64,000 nt of DNA. It comes from Candidatus Bathyarchaeota archaeon. Lineage in GTDB: Archaea > Thermoproteota > Bathyarchaeia > Bathyarchaeales > Bathycorpusculaceae. The notes under the pieces were generated by a model that saw only the letters and a program-made list of their open reading frames with translations, searched no databases and was not told the DNA's origin. The stretch spans positions 2,208,001 through 2,272,000 of the forward strand of contig OY970340.1 of NCBI GenBank assembly GCA_963717465.1, in the 5' to 3' direction. Below, piece after piece: positions 31,879 to 42,487 of the stretch; position 1 is the stretch's first letter, and every line of letters begins with the position of its first letter. The position numbers were made by a program, and so were the translations under genes.

Positions 31879-33219
31879 TTACTTTCCAAGACCTACTGCG
31901 CTGAAATTTATCTTGCTCTTGAATAGCTCGGGATTGTAGATTCTTCTTCCATCGATTACAATTGGTTGTTTCATGTTTTTGATAAAGTCCTGGGGGGTTA
32001 ACTTCTTAAATTCGTCCCATTCAGTTACGACAATGCATGCATTTGCATCTTTGATACATTCAAGCGTGGATTTAGCATAATTAATTTTTTTGTCAAAAAT
32101 TTTTTTCGCGACAGGTATGGCTACGGGGTCGTAAGCTATTACGTTGGCACCTTCTTTCAGTAACTGGTTTATTATGGGTATAACTCTTGCTTCTCTCATA
32201 TCATCTGTGTCAGGTTTAAAGGCTAAACCTAAAAGTGCAATATTCTTGCCTTTAAGGTTGCCTAGTTGTTCTTTACAGAGTTGAACAGCCTTTAAAGGTT
32301 GAGTTTTATTAACGCTTTCCGTAGATTCCAAGAGTTCAGGGATATAACCAAAAGCTTTTGAGCAGGCTATTAACGCTTTTACATCTTTCGGAAAGCATGA
32401 ACCGCCATAGCCTAAGCCTGCATCCAAAAAGAGCGGCCCTATGCGCTTATCCAGCCCCATAGCGGTTGCAACGACTTTGACATCTGCTTCAGGAATTTTT
32501 TCACACATGTTGGCTATGGTGTTTATAAAGCTGATTTTGGTTGCCAGCATTGCGTTGCTAGCATATTTTATAAGTTCAGCAGTGGACAGGGTCGTTCTAA
32601 TAAGCGGAGGCACATTGGATTGGTAAAAGTCTTTGTATAATTCTTCAAGAGCATCACCTGACTTCGCATCGTATGATCCAATAACTACTCGGTCGGCATT
32701 TAATGTATCTTGAAAGGCTGAGCCTTGTCGAAGGAATTCCGGGTTCATGCATAACCCAAAATCTTCGCCGCATTTCTTTTTTGATTCCTTTTCGAGTATG
32801 GGTTTTACTTTGCCTTGTGTTGTTCCAGGTACGACTGTGCTTTTGATTACAGTCACATGATAAGTTTTCTTTTCCTTGATTGCCTTGCCTATATCGTGTG
32901 CTGCAGATTCTATGTATTGAAGGTTTATGCTGCCGTCGGGTTGGCTTGGTGTTCCAACAGCTACAAAAGTTAAATCTGTCTCTCGGATAGCCTTTTCAGT
33001 TTGATTCGTCAAGCACTTAAAATTGTTCTTTCGAAGGCTGTCATGCAATTTCTGTTGCAGACCTGGTTCGTAGAATGGAGGAAAGCCCTGATTAATTTTC
33101 TCTACTTTCTCATTATCGACATCGGAAGCCACGACTTTATAGCCTTTGCTTGCTAAGCCAACAGCCGTGCACAATCCTACATAGCCTACGCCGATAACTG
33201 ATATAATTGGTTTTTCCAA
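31879..33219 (-). CDS. ugd: UDP-glucose 6-dehydrogenase
   Basis: GVGYVG, KSTVVPGT, NPEFL, AELIKYASNA, GYGGSCFPKD and FKPDTDD motifs. Confidence 0.93.
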   Translation of the reverse strand: MEKPIISVIGVGYVGLCTAVGLASKGYKVVASDVDNEKVEKINQGFPPFYEPGLQQKLHDSLRKNNFKCLTNQTEKAIRETDLTFVAVGTPSQPDGSINLQYIESAAHDIGKAIKEKKTYHVTVIKSTVVPGTTQGKVKPILEKESKKKCGEDFGLCMNPEFLRQGSAFQDTLNADRVVIGSYDAKSGDALEELYKDFYQSNVPPLIRTTLSTAELIKYASNAMLATKISFINTIANMCEKIPEADVKVVATAMGLDKRIGPLFLDAGLGYGGSCFPKDVKALIACSKAFGYIPELLESTESVNKTQPLKAVQLCKEQLGNLKGKNIALLGLAFKPDTDDMREARVIPIINQLLKEGANVIAYDPVAIPVAKKIFDKKINYAKSTLECIKDANACIVVTEWDEFKKLTPQDFIKNMKQPIVIDGRRIYNPELFKSKINFSAVGLGK

Positions 33220-33316
33220 GTTAAAACCATCTTTGAAATTTGTGATTCATGTATGTATAGGGTTAAATATAACCTTAATTTAATCAGAATCTAAATAAAA
33301 AAGAGCGATTGAAGAC

Positions 33317-34186
33317 ATGGTGAACAAAGTCATAATTCCAGCTGCTGGATTGGGGACTCGTTTATTTCCTGCTACCAAAGAGCAGCCCAAAGAGATGCTT
33401 CCTATTTTTACCACAAGTGCAAACGGTGATTTATTAGTGAAGCCTGTCGTGCAATTAGTGTTTGAGCAGTTGCATGAAGCTGGGTTTAAAGAGTTTTGCT
33501 TTATTGTTGGCCGAGGGAAAAGAGGTATAGAAGACCATTTTACTCCTGATGCTGCTTGCGTCCGGAATTTGGAAGGCATGGGGAAAAATGGGCAAGCTAT
33601 GGATTTAGAAAATTTTTATAGAAAGCTTAGTTCGTCGACTGTTATGTGGGTGAATCAACCCGAAGCTAAGGGTTTTGGTAATGCCGTTTTGATGGCTCAG
33701 CCTTTCGTGCAGAACGAAAAATGTTTAGTGCATGCTGGAGATAGCTGCATTATTTCCAAGGACATGGATTACATTAAGAAGCTTTTGGATGCCTATGAAA
33801 AATTCAAAGCTGATGCCGCCTTTCTCGTTCTTGAAATTAAAAATCCACGAGAATATGGAATTGTTGAAGGCGATGAGATTGAGGAAGGAATTTTCAAAGT
33901 AAGAGCGATCGTTGAGAAGCCTGGAAAGCCAAAAACTAACCTAGCCGTTATTGCCGTTTACGTTTTTAACCCCATAATTTTTAAGGCTTTAGAAGCCACT
34001 AAACCTGGAAGAAATGGCGAAATCCAGTTAACTGATGCTATTCAAAAGCTCATAGAATGGGGATTAGGTGTTTACGCGGTTAAATTGGATAAGAATTATT
34101 CACATTTAGATATTGGCAGTCCTGAAAGGTATTGGGAAGCTTTAGAATTATCATACGAGAAGTTTTGCAAGAGGCCTCAGCAGTGA
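33317..34186 (+). CDS. galU: UTP--glucose-1-phosphate uridylyltransferase-like nucleotidyltransferase
   Basis: IPAAGLGTRLFPATKEQPKEMLP, VEKP and GEIQLTDAI motifs. Confidence 0.85.
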   Translation: MVNKVIIPAAGLGTRLFPATKEQPKEMLPIFTTSANGDLLVKPVVQLVFEQLHEAGFKEFCFIVGRGKRGIEDHFTPDAACVRNLEGMGKNGQAMDLENFYRKLSSSTVMWVNQPEAKGFGNAVLMAQPFVQNEKCLVHAGDSCIISKDMDYIKKLLDAYEKFKADAAFLVLEIKNPREYGIVEGDEIEEGIFKVRAIVEKPGKPKTNLAVIAVYVFNPIIFKALEATKPGRNGEIQLTDAIQKLIEWGLGVYAVKLDKNYSHLDIGSPERYWEALELSYEKFCKRPQQ

Positions 34187-35214
34187 TAGACGACATAATT
34201 AGGTCAGATATTGAAAAAATAAAAAATAATATACGGATTAAGTTCTTCGCAAAAAAAAGTGCTCTTGTTACGGGTGGAGCAGGGTTTATTGGTAGTTGGC
34301 TTTGTGATGTTCTGTTAGGCTGCGGAGCAGAAGTTACCGTCGTGGATGATTTTTCAACGGGAAGATTGAAAAACATTGATCATTTAACGAGTGATCCGAA
34401 GTTCAAGCTAGTGAAGGCTGATGTTTGCGACTTTAAGAGTAAAGAAAAGTTTGACATTATTTTTCATATGGCTGGTCACGCTTCACCTGATGAATACCAA
34501 GCGCATCCAATTGAAACTTTGCGAACCAGCGCTTTAGGTAGCTTTGGCATGGCAGAATTAGCGAAAAAGAATGATGCAATATTGCTGTTTGCTTCGACTT
34601 CAGAAGTTTATGGTGATACTGAAGTTATTCCTACGCCTGAGAATTATTGGGGAAAGGTGAATCCTGTTGGACCAAGGTCCTGCTATGATGAAGGGAAACG
34701 GTTTGCTGAGGCTTTGCTTATGGCTTATGAGAAACAGTACGGTTTAGATGTTAGGGTTCCAAGAATTTTTAATTCTTATGGTCCACGACTACGTGAGGAC
34801 GGATTATATGGAAGAGCTATGTCACGATTTATTTTGCAAGCGTCAACTAATCAACCAATAACTGTTTACGGCGATGGCAAGCAGACTCGTTCTTTTTGCT
34901 ATATTACAGACACCGTAACCGGGTTAATGGCACTAGTCGGAAGCTCAAAAGCTAAGGGTGAGATTGTAAACATTGGAAATTCGAAAGAAGTTGCTATTTT
35001 TGAACTAGCACGCAAAATCAAGGAAACAACAAAATCCAAATCCGCAATAGATTTCCTTCCGCTTCCTAAGGATGACCCTAAAAGACGATGCCCAGACACC
35101 AAAAAGCTAGAGCACCTCGTCGACTGGAAACCAAATATTAGCCTTGAAGAAGGGCTAAAGAGAACTGTTGATTGGTTTTCGCAGAATCAATTTGATGCCA
35201 AACCTATAAAGTAA
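34183..35214 (+). CDS. UDP-glucuronate decarboxylase (UDP-xylose synthase, UXS-like)
   Basis: GGAGFIG, ASTSEVYGD, YWGKVNPVGPRSCYDEGKR, QTRSFCY and DDPKRRCPD motifs. The GTG start overlaps the galU TGA. Confidence 0.9.
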   Translation: MIDDIIRSDIEKIKNNIRIKFFAKKSALVTGGAGFIGSWLCDVLLGCGAEVTVVDDFSTGRLKNIDHLTSDPKFKLVKADVCDFKSKEKFDIIFHMAGHASPDEYQAHPIETLRTSALGSFGMAELAKKNDAILLFASTSEVYGDTEVIPTPENYWGKVNPVGPRSCYDEGKRFAEALLMAYEKQYGLDVRVPRIFNSYGPRLREDGLYGRAMSRFILQASTNQPITVYGDGKQTRSFCYITDTVTGLMALVGSSKAKGEIVNIGNSKEVAIFELARKIKETTKSKSAIDFLPLPKDDPKRRCPDTKKLEHLVDWKPNISLEEGLKRTVDWFSQNQFDAKPIK

Positions 35215-35484
35215 TTAGCAACAACAAAGTTTCTCACGAAAACCCTTTTCATAGATTTGACATTTAATTAACTAATTTAAGTTGATTTCTTTTAACAATT
35301 CGTTCTATAAAAATGAAGCACGTTGTTCAAACACTGACTGCTTTAATTTTTTCCTCTATATTAATAGAACTGCGAAATTATAGAATAAGCTTTTTTACAA
35401 GAGATTTGTAAGGACAGCATCATTAGAAGCTTCATGTAAATATTAGGCTTGCACAAAAAAGAATAAGCGGAAAATAAAGTTTCA

Positions 35485-38400
35485 TTAATTACTGCTTTCT
35501 TTATCAGTATTTACAGAATTCGAGTTCTTTTCCGTTTCTTTGCGCTTTTTTGGTCTTTTCGCATTAGGTCTTTGTGGAGAGGGAGTAGCTCGTTTACCTA
35601 CAGTGGACCCTGATGGAGATGGAGTAACTCGTTTACCTACAGTCGATGGAGTAGCTCGTTCATCTCCAGTGGACCCCGATGGAGATGGAGTGTCTTGTTG
35701 TTCATTTTCTTCGTACCTTTTTGATATGTTGTTGGCTACTTTTTGGTTTTCAGGGTTTGCTTGCTTTTGTACTTGCACTATTTTTAGTGCTAATTTTGTG
35801 TTTTTGTTTTTTCTGTTTTTCAGTACTTTATAAAGCGCTATTGCTAGAATTATCAGTATTAGAATAGCCACGATTAGGCCTGCTTCAACGTAAGCCATGG
35901 TTTGCTGTGATGCAGGGGTGGTGAATATTATGCTTACTTCGTGTGTGCTGAAATGTGTTGTGTACCATACGTAGAAGTTGCCATTGTCTTGGCTGTAGCC
36001 TTGGTTTTGAGCTTTTTGGCCGTCAATGTAGACTACCGGTGTTGTTCCGTATGGTATTGCAGTTTGAGGGAGGGTTATGTTGATGAAGCCGTTCGTTCCG
36101 CTCGAGCCTGTTATTGTAAAGGTTATTACGGTTGTTTCATTTCCTTGGCTTGCCGTGATTGTCATGTTGGAGATTTGTTGTGCGGTTACGTTTCCACTGA
36201 TTCCTATGCTATAAGTGGCATTGATTGCAGGTTCGATTGCTGTTAATGTTGCTTGGTTAACCGACAGAGTAGCGGTGCAGGTTTTTGAATCATAAGTACC
36301 TGTAATTGTCCATGTTCCAGCATTCTCTGAAGTGTATGTATTATTGCTCCATGAACCTCCAGCGTTTAGGCTTATGCTCCAAGATGTGGAGGAAGTTATG
36401 TTCCAGGTGTTACCGTAGGTATCGTTAGCGATAGCTGTGTATGTTTGTGTGTTGCCAGCTGTGATAGTTGAGCTGTCAGGTGAAATTGTAATATTAATTG
36501 CGGCTGCATGGTTTACTGTTAAGGAAGTTGAGACATTGGCAACGCCTGGGTATGTGGCTGTAACGGTGTAGATTCCAGCAACTGTTTCGTTAACGGAGTT
36601 GCCACTTATTGTGCTATTGTTAATGCTAAAGGAAGCGTTGATGGAACCTAAACTGTTACCGTAAAGGTCCCAGCCTTCAGCAGTGTAAGTTTGAGATATG
36701 CCAGATGTGATATTTGCATATGTTGGACTTATTGTTATATGATCAAGAGTTCCAGCAGTCACCGTTAATGTTGATGTTGAGGTGAGGCTCTGATATGTTG
36801 CGGTGACGACATACGTGCCAGCTGCAGTCTCGTACACAGAGTTGCTATTGACGCTGCTACCGTTGACACTATAAGTCGCGGCAACAACGCCTAAGTAGTT
36901 GCCATACTGGTCATATGCTGTTGCTGTGTAGGTTTTGGAGTTGCCAGCTGTTATGCTTGCTTGAAGTGGACTAATTGTTATATAATTTAACGTGCTTGGG
37001 CTGACTGTAAAAGTGTTGCTTGTTCCGTTATATGGTCCAGTTGACACAAACAGAGTTACATTATTGCCGGTCTGTTGTTACTGTAACAGTGCCTGTCCAA
37101 ACTCCATCTGTGAAACCGCCAGTAGTGGTAGTTGGGTTAATGGATCCTGCGGAATAGGTCAAAGTTGGAGTGCCAGTGTAACTTGTGACGGTGTTTCCAT
37201 CGGCGTCAAGGGCTGTAATTGTTATATTGAACGATGTACCGGCTGACTTGGTCACTTATCGTACTTATAGTAAAGTGATCTAGTGGCGTTGATTCGAAAT
37301 CTGCTGTTATTGTACCTGCTTGGTTTATTGTTACTGTTGTTGATGCCATGGCTGTATTTGTAACTGGTCCGGCGGTGCTTGACCATGATGAGAACAGGTA
37401 GCCCTTGTTTGGGACAGCGGATATGTTAAGGGAGCCAGCGTTTTCCCATACGCTTGTGCCCGTAGGAGTTGTTGTGCCGCTTCCTAAAGGATTAACGTTG
37501 AATGTTATTTGGTATTGGGTTTGCCAAGTTGCGTTGACTGTTTTTGGGCTGTTCATTGTTATGCTGCTGCTTTGAGCGTAATTAGTTCCAGAAGCGTCGT
37601 CAGTCCAGCTTACGAATACGTATTGGGTGCCTGTGGTCCCAGCGGCTGTTCCTGAATTGAGCTGCGCATAGGCGGTTGAGCCGCTTATGTACCATCCATT
37701 GCCATTTACCGTGCCGTAGGCTGAATTGACTGTTAGATAGTATTGATGGGCCCAAGAAGCGGTCTCGTTGATTGGAGCATTCATTGTTATTGAAGCAGGA
37801 TTGTCTACTCCTGAATAGCTGCCTGAGCCTGTTCCAGTCCATCCATTAAAAACATATTGTTCGCCAGAACCTGGTGATGGAGAGGTAGCTGTGATATTCA
37901 GAGTTGAGCTAGCGTTAACCCAGCCGCTGCTTGGACTTACTGTGCCAAAGTTCTCGTTTACTGTAAGGCAGTATTGCGTTTGCCAACTTGCAGTTTCCTT
38001 AATTGGGTTGTTCATGGTTACTGATTGAGAGCTGCTTGTACCGCTGTAAGAACCAGTTCCGGAACCGCCCCAAGATGTGAACGTGTACTGGATGCCTGTT
38101 CCTCCTGATACAGGGGTTGTTACTGAAAAGCTTGCTGTTGAGCCTGCATTGTACCAATTTTGACCTGTTGGGCTTCCATAAGATGAATTCACAGTAAGGT
38201 AATACTGCTTCGTGTAAGCCGTTGAGTCGCCTGAAGAAGCGCTGCTAATCGTTCCAGTGTTAGTGGAAGTAATGAACTGCTCATTCGTTAAGCCCGCAAC
38301 AGTAGTTGACCAAGTGTACGTGGCCCCACTGTTCTCCCAAGCCGTCAAGGAGTCGCCGCTGAAGCTGCTGTAAGTGTAAGTGTTAGAACCAAGCGTCAAA

Positions 38401-39980
38401 ACAGTGTTAGATCCAGCATCACTCGTCAAACCAGACTCCGTGAAAGTCACCTTATACTGAGTCGCGTAAGTAGCCGTAACCGTTCCCGCTGCGGTAACAG
38501 TAAAAGTATTGCCCTGCAAAGTCTGACCAAGACCACTATTAGAAGACCAAACATACTGAATAGCTGAAGGCGAACCAGAGGAAGCAACAGGACTCTGATA
38601 AGCAAACGTCACAGAACTACCATTGTTAATCCAACCGGAAGTATAAGACACAGAAACAGCGCTCCCACCAATCTGAAGAATCGACGTTGCAGAAGCATCA
38701 CCTAAAACATTACTAGAAGCAGTGAAAGTCACCTTAAACTGATGATTATATGTGAAGGTCAAAAAGCCGCCTGTAGCAGTAGGCGAAGAAGCTCCAACAG
38801 TACCTGATGCAGGCTGGGACGAATACCACTGTTCACTAGACCCAGAACCGCCCAGAGGATTGGTAACACTCCAGCTTTCACCACCATCAAGCCAATAAGT
38901 AACCAAACTTGTGGTAAGCGTAGTCGTATTGGATGAACCGAACTGCGTGGAAGTCAAGATTGGCGCGGAGTATCCTGAGCCACCTCCAGAAATAGAGTAA
39001 TCCAGCTGGAAATAGTATTGATGATAATATATAGGGTCAGCTGAAACGGAACCTGACATGACGGATGGAATTACGGTGTAAGTGCTGTTGTCAGATGCGT
39101 CAATCATGTATTGCTCATTGCTAGAAACCTCAATTGGAGATGTAAAGTTGACAGATGTACCTGCATCAACCCAGTCGCTGGCTGCGGAAAGCACGCCATA
39201 AGTGCCAGTCGACGACAACTCCATCAGGTTGTTAAACTGTGTGTAATTGACCAAATCAAGCGTGCTCGGAAGAGTTGTTCCATCATTGGTAGTGTAAGCG
39301 AACGAAACCATGAATTGATCATAATAAACAGGGGTTAATGTCGTGTCATTGGTCGCTGTTCCGCTTAACGCGTTTGTGCCTGTACCATTGGGGTCTGCTG
39401 TCCACTGCTCAGAAGAATTAGCATATGCTATCTGAGTAAGCGACCAAGCAGTATCAGGCGTAACCTCATAAGTTGCGGATGTTGTTGTGAGAGAAACTGT
39501 GGTTTGATTCCCAGTAGTATTATCGTAATAAGTGAATGTGGGTGAGGTCGGCGGTGTTGTAAGATCATTTACAGAATAGTTCACAGTAAACAAATAGTAC
39601 TGTTGGTCTGTAAATGTTGTTTTGGCGGTGTCTACTCCGTCTGTGGCGGTTATGCTGTAGAGTGGGGCGCCTTCCTTGTCTATTTGGTAGGTTGTCACGA
39701 AGCTTCCGTTTGTGCTTGAGATGGCTGTCCAGCTTGTAGTATTATTATCTGATAGTTTTGTAACATTTAGGGCTATGTCGCTGTTGGGTAGGAAGCCTGT
39801 TCCGTATATGGTTACGATTTGTCCAGGGTTATAGTCTGCTTTGTCTGTCCATATTCTTGGGGACACTGCTGAATTGGCCGAAATAGAAGAAGCAGAACTT
39901 GCTTTGGCGCATCCAACTATTATCAGTATAATTGTTACGCAAACGAGTACTGTTGTTAGAAATATTTTTTGATTATTCAT
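35485..39980 (-). CDS. Large modular surface glycoprotein, ~1497 aa, split by two +1 frameshifts
   Basis: Signal peptide, WTDKADY.PG N-module, YYHQY-type and InlB-B-like repeats, then C-terminal TM and tail. Single extra bases near 37245 and 37072 join ORFs 37206, 37061 and 35485. Confidence 0.8.
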
Positions 39981-40121
39981 ATGTCTTTATCTTCTATTTT
40001 TTGTCGATTTGTTTTATCATTTCGGGCGATTTGTTTATTCGATGCAGCAGTATTGGTTAATTTACGGGGTTTAACTGCGGCGAATTAGGAGCTACTATCC
40101 GAAGCTACATAACAAAATGTG

Positions 40122-41401
40122 TCAAGTTTTCGTAAACAACCTTGCAATTAAATCTATAAGCTGTTTATCATCGTTCTTGGCGGCTAACCGCAAATTTTCC
40201 ACAATGGGCAAATACGTTTGCTTTAACAAAATAGAGGTCATGTCCTCAAGAATCTTTTTTTCTCTCTCGCTCACAGTACCAATCATGTTTAAGGCAGTTG
40301 AAAGTTCTCTTTGCCTAATTACTTCAGCCTGTGAAAGCAGTTCTGAAATGATAAGTCTCACAGAAAGACTTTTTACATCCTGATCAATTTTTACGAGCTC
40401 CTCATCCAAAATTATGGCCGCGCTTGTCGATGCTTTTCATCCTTTCCATCTTATTCTTTTCAGCAATAAGCTGGAGGTCGTCGATATTGAACAGTTTTAC
40501 AGCTTCAATTTCCTCAACAGATTTTTCAATGTTCCTAGGGACGGAAATATCGATAATTATTAGGTCCTTCTTGTTTGTGCGTTTTTTCATTATTTTCAAA
40601 ACGTCATCTTTATACAATAAGTAATTCGGTCTCGAAGTAGCGCAAACAACCAAATCAGCATCCATTAGAACTTTTTCAAACTGATCAAGCTTCACCGCCC
40701 TGCCAGAAACATCCTTTGCCAATTCTACAGCCCGCTCATAAGTCCGGCTCGCAATAAAGATTGGGCTCTGGCAACGCCGTGCTAAGGATTTTGCAACCAG
40801 AGTTCCCATTTCTCCAGCGCCTAAAACCAAGATTTTTTCATCATTCAAGCTGCCATATAAATTGGCAGCCAATTCAACGGCTGCTCCTCCAACTGAAACA
40901 GCACCTTTGCTTATGCCTGTTTCAGTCCTGACACGCCTGCCAACGGACATTGAACGGTTAAACAGGTACTCTAAAACTGGACCAGTCGTTTTAGCCTTTT
41001 CCGCTTCTAGGTAAGCAAGCCATACCTGATTGATAACTTGCTCTTCACCAATAATCATGGATTCCAAACCTGAAGTTACTCGTAAAAGATGATTGATTGC
41101 CTCCTTATCAATTGAAATCTCGATGGCAGATGGCAATTCTTCAGTGTGTTCTTCAGTTCTCTTCAATAAAAAATCCTTTACTCTACTAGTCTACGTTGTC
41201 TGTATTCTCGGTTACAAGGTAGATTTCCATTCGGTTACATGTTTGAATAATTAGGCATTCTTCCACGTTTTCAAAGGAACGAATCTCGTCGAGTGCTTTT
41301 TTCTTGTCTTCAAAAGCTATAGCTTCTCTTAATTGAAGGCAAGCTGATTTATGAGTTATCCTGATGTTGACTATGTGATCGATTTTCGGTAGTGAATTCA
41401 T
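40122..41401 (-). CDS. hemA: Glutamyl-tRNA reductase, split by two +1 frameshifts
   Basis: ITHKSA...RE, catalytic QTCNRMEIY, SGLESMIIGEEQV, GAGEMG and DISVPRNIE motifs. Extra bases near 41190 and 40421. Confidence 0.9.
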
Positions 41402-42487
41402 GGTTGCATACACCAATCGGCGGAAATATAAGCTTTATTTCAATAGTTGACTGTATAACAAGTGTTCTCAAGGCTAGAATTACAAGTGATTTTTATAGAA
41501 AATTCAAGAATGCTTTTCACGTGTAATAGTTTTCGGGTCTAAGGATCAATTGGGGCTGCTGAGAAACTTGGGGTTTAATTGCTTATGAAGCATTGTTTGG
41601 TTTAGGCTATAATGTTTCTGCGAGTTTTTGGGTGGTATAGTTTGTGTGGTTGGTGGTTGTTTCTGGTTTTGCAGTATGGAATTTTGAACTTTTTTATGGT
41701 CATGGGTAGTATTGTTTGAACTTTCTGCATGTTGAAGAAGCGGTTTAGGGTTATTTGTCGGTAGCTAATTAGTTACTAATTAGTTTTCTGTGGTTAAGGT
41801 TTGCTTTTTTATGGTTTTTTGAAGTGGATTGTTTTGGATTTTGGGGGTGTGCTTGTTTGTTAGGGGTGGAGGGGGTGTTTGTGGTCTTTGGGGATGCTGG
41901 GTGGTTTTGAGATGCAGACGGATAGTTTGCTTAGTGATGGTGTTTAGACGTTGAAGGGTTGCATGTAGTGTATGTTTGCGGTTATTGAGCAGTTTGGCTA
42001 CGGTGGCTGGCGGCGTGGGAGAGGTTATGGATATCGTTGGATGGTTGAGTCGGCGTTTTTGTGTGTTTGAGTGGATGTTTAGAGAATTCATTTGTGCGGT
42101 GAAGTGGTTAAATATCGTTATGGAGTTATTGCTTAAGGCTTGCAATTTACAAGCTTTTTATGAAAATGAGCTTAATCTGGGCTCAGAACAGGAAAGCAGT
42201 AGCGGAATGTGTAAGAATCTAGCTAAGGTAACTTTCGGTTATTCACTAATCAGAGGTAACGAAAAGGAGATGAAGAATGGATGAGGCGTTGAAATTTTAT
42301 GAAGTATCGGCGATAGTTTTAGTGTTGCATTATTTTTTGATTGTGGAAGAGGATGTTTATTTGAGTGAATTTAGGAATTTTAGGATAACCCCGTTTTTGC
42401 ATCGGTGGTTTGTCTGTTGAATAAGCGTTAGTTAGCTTGAGTTTTTTTTAAGAGTGCGGTGATTAAAAAAAGAGGAGAAGCTTGTGT

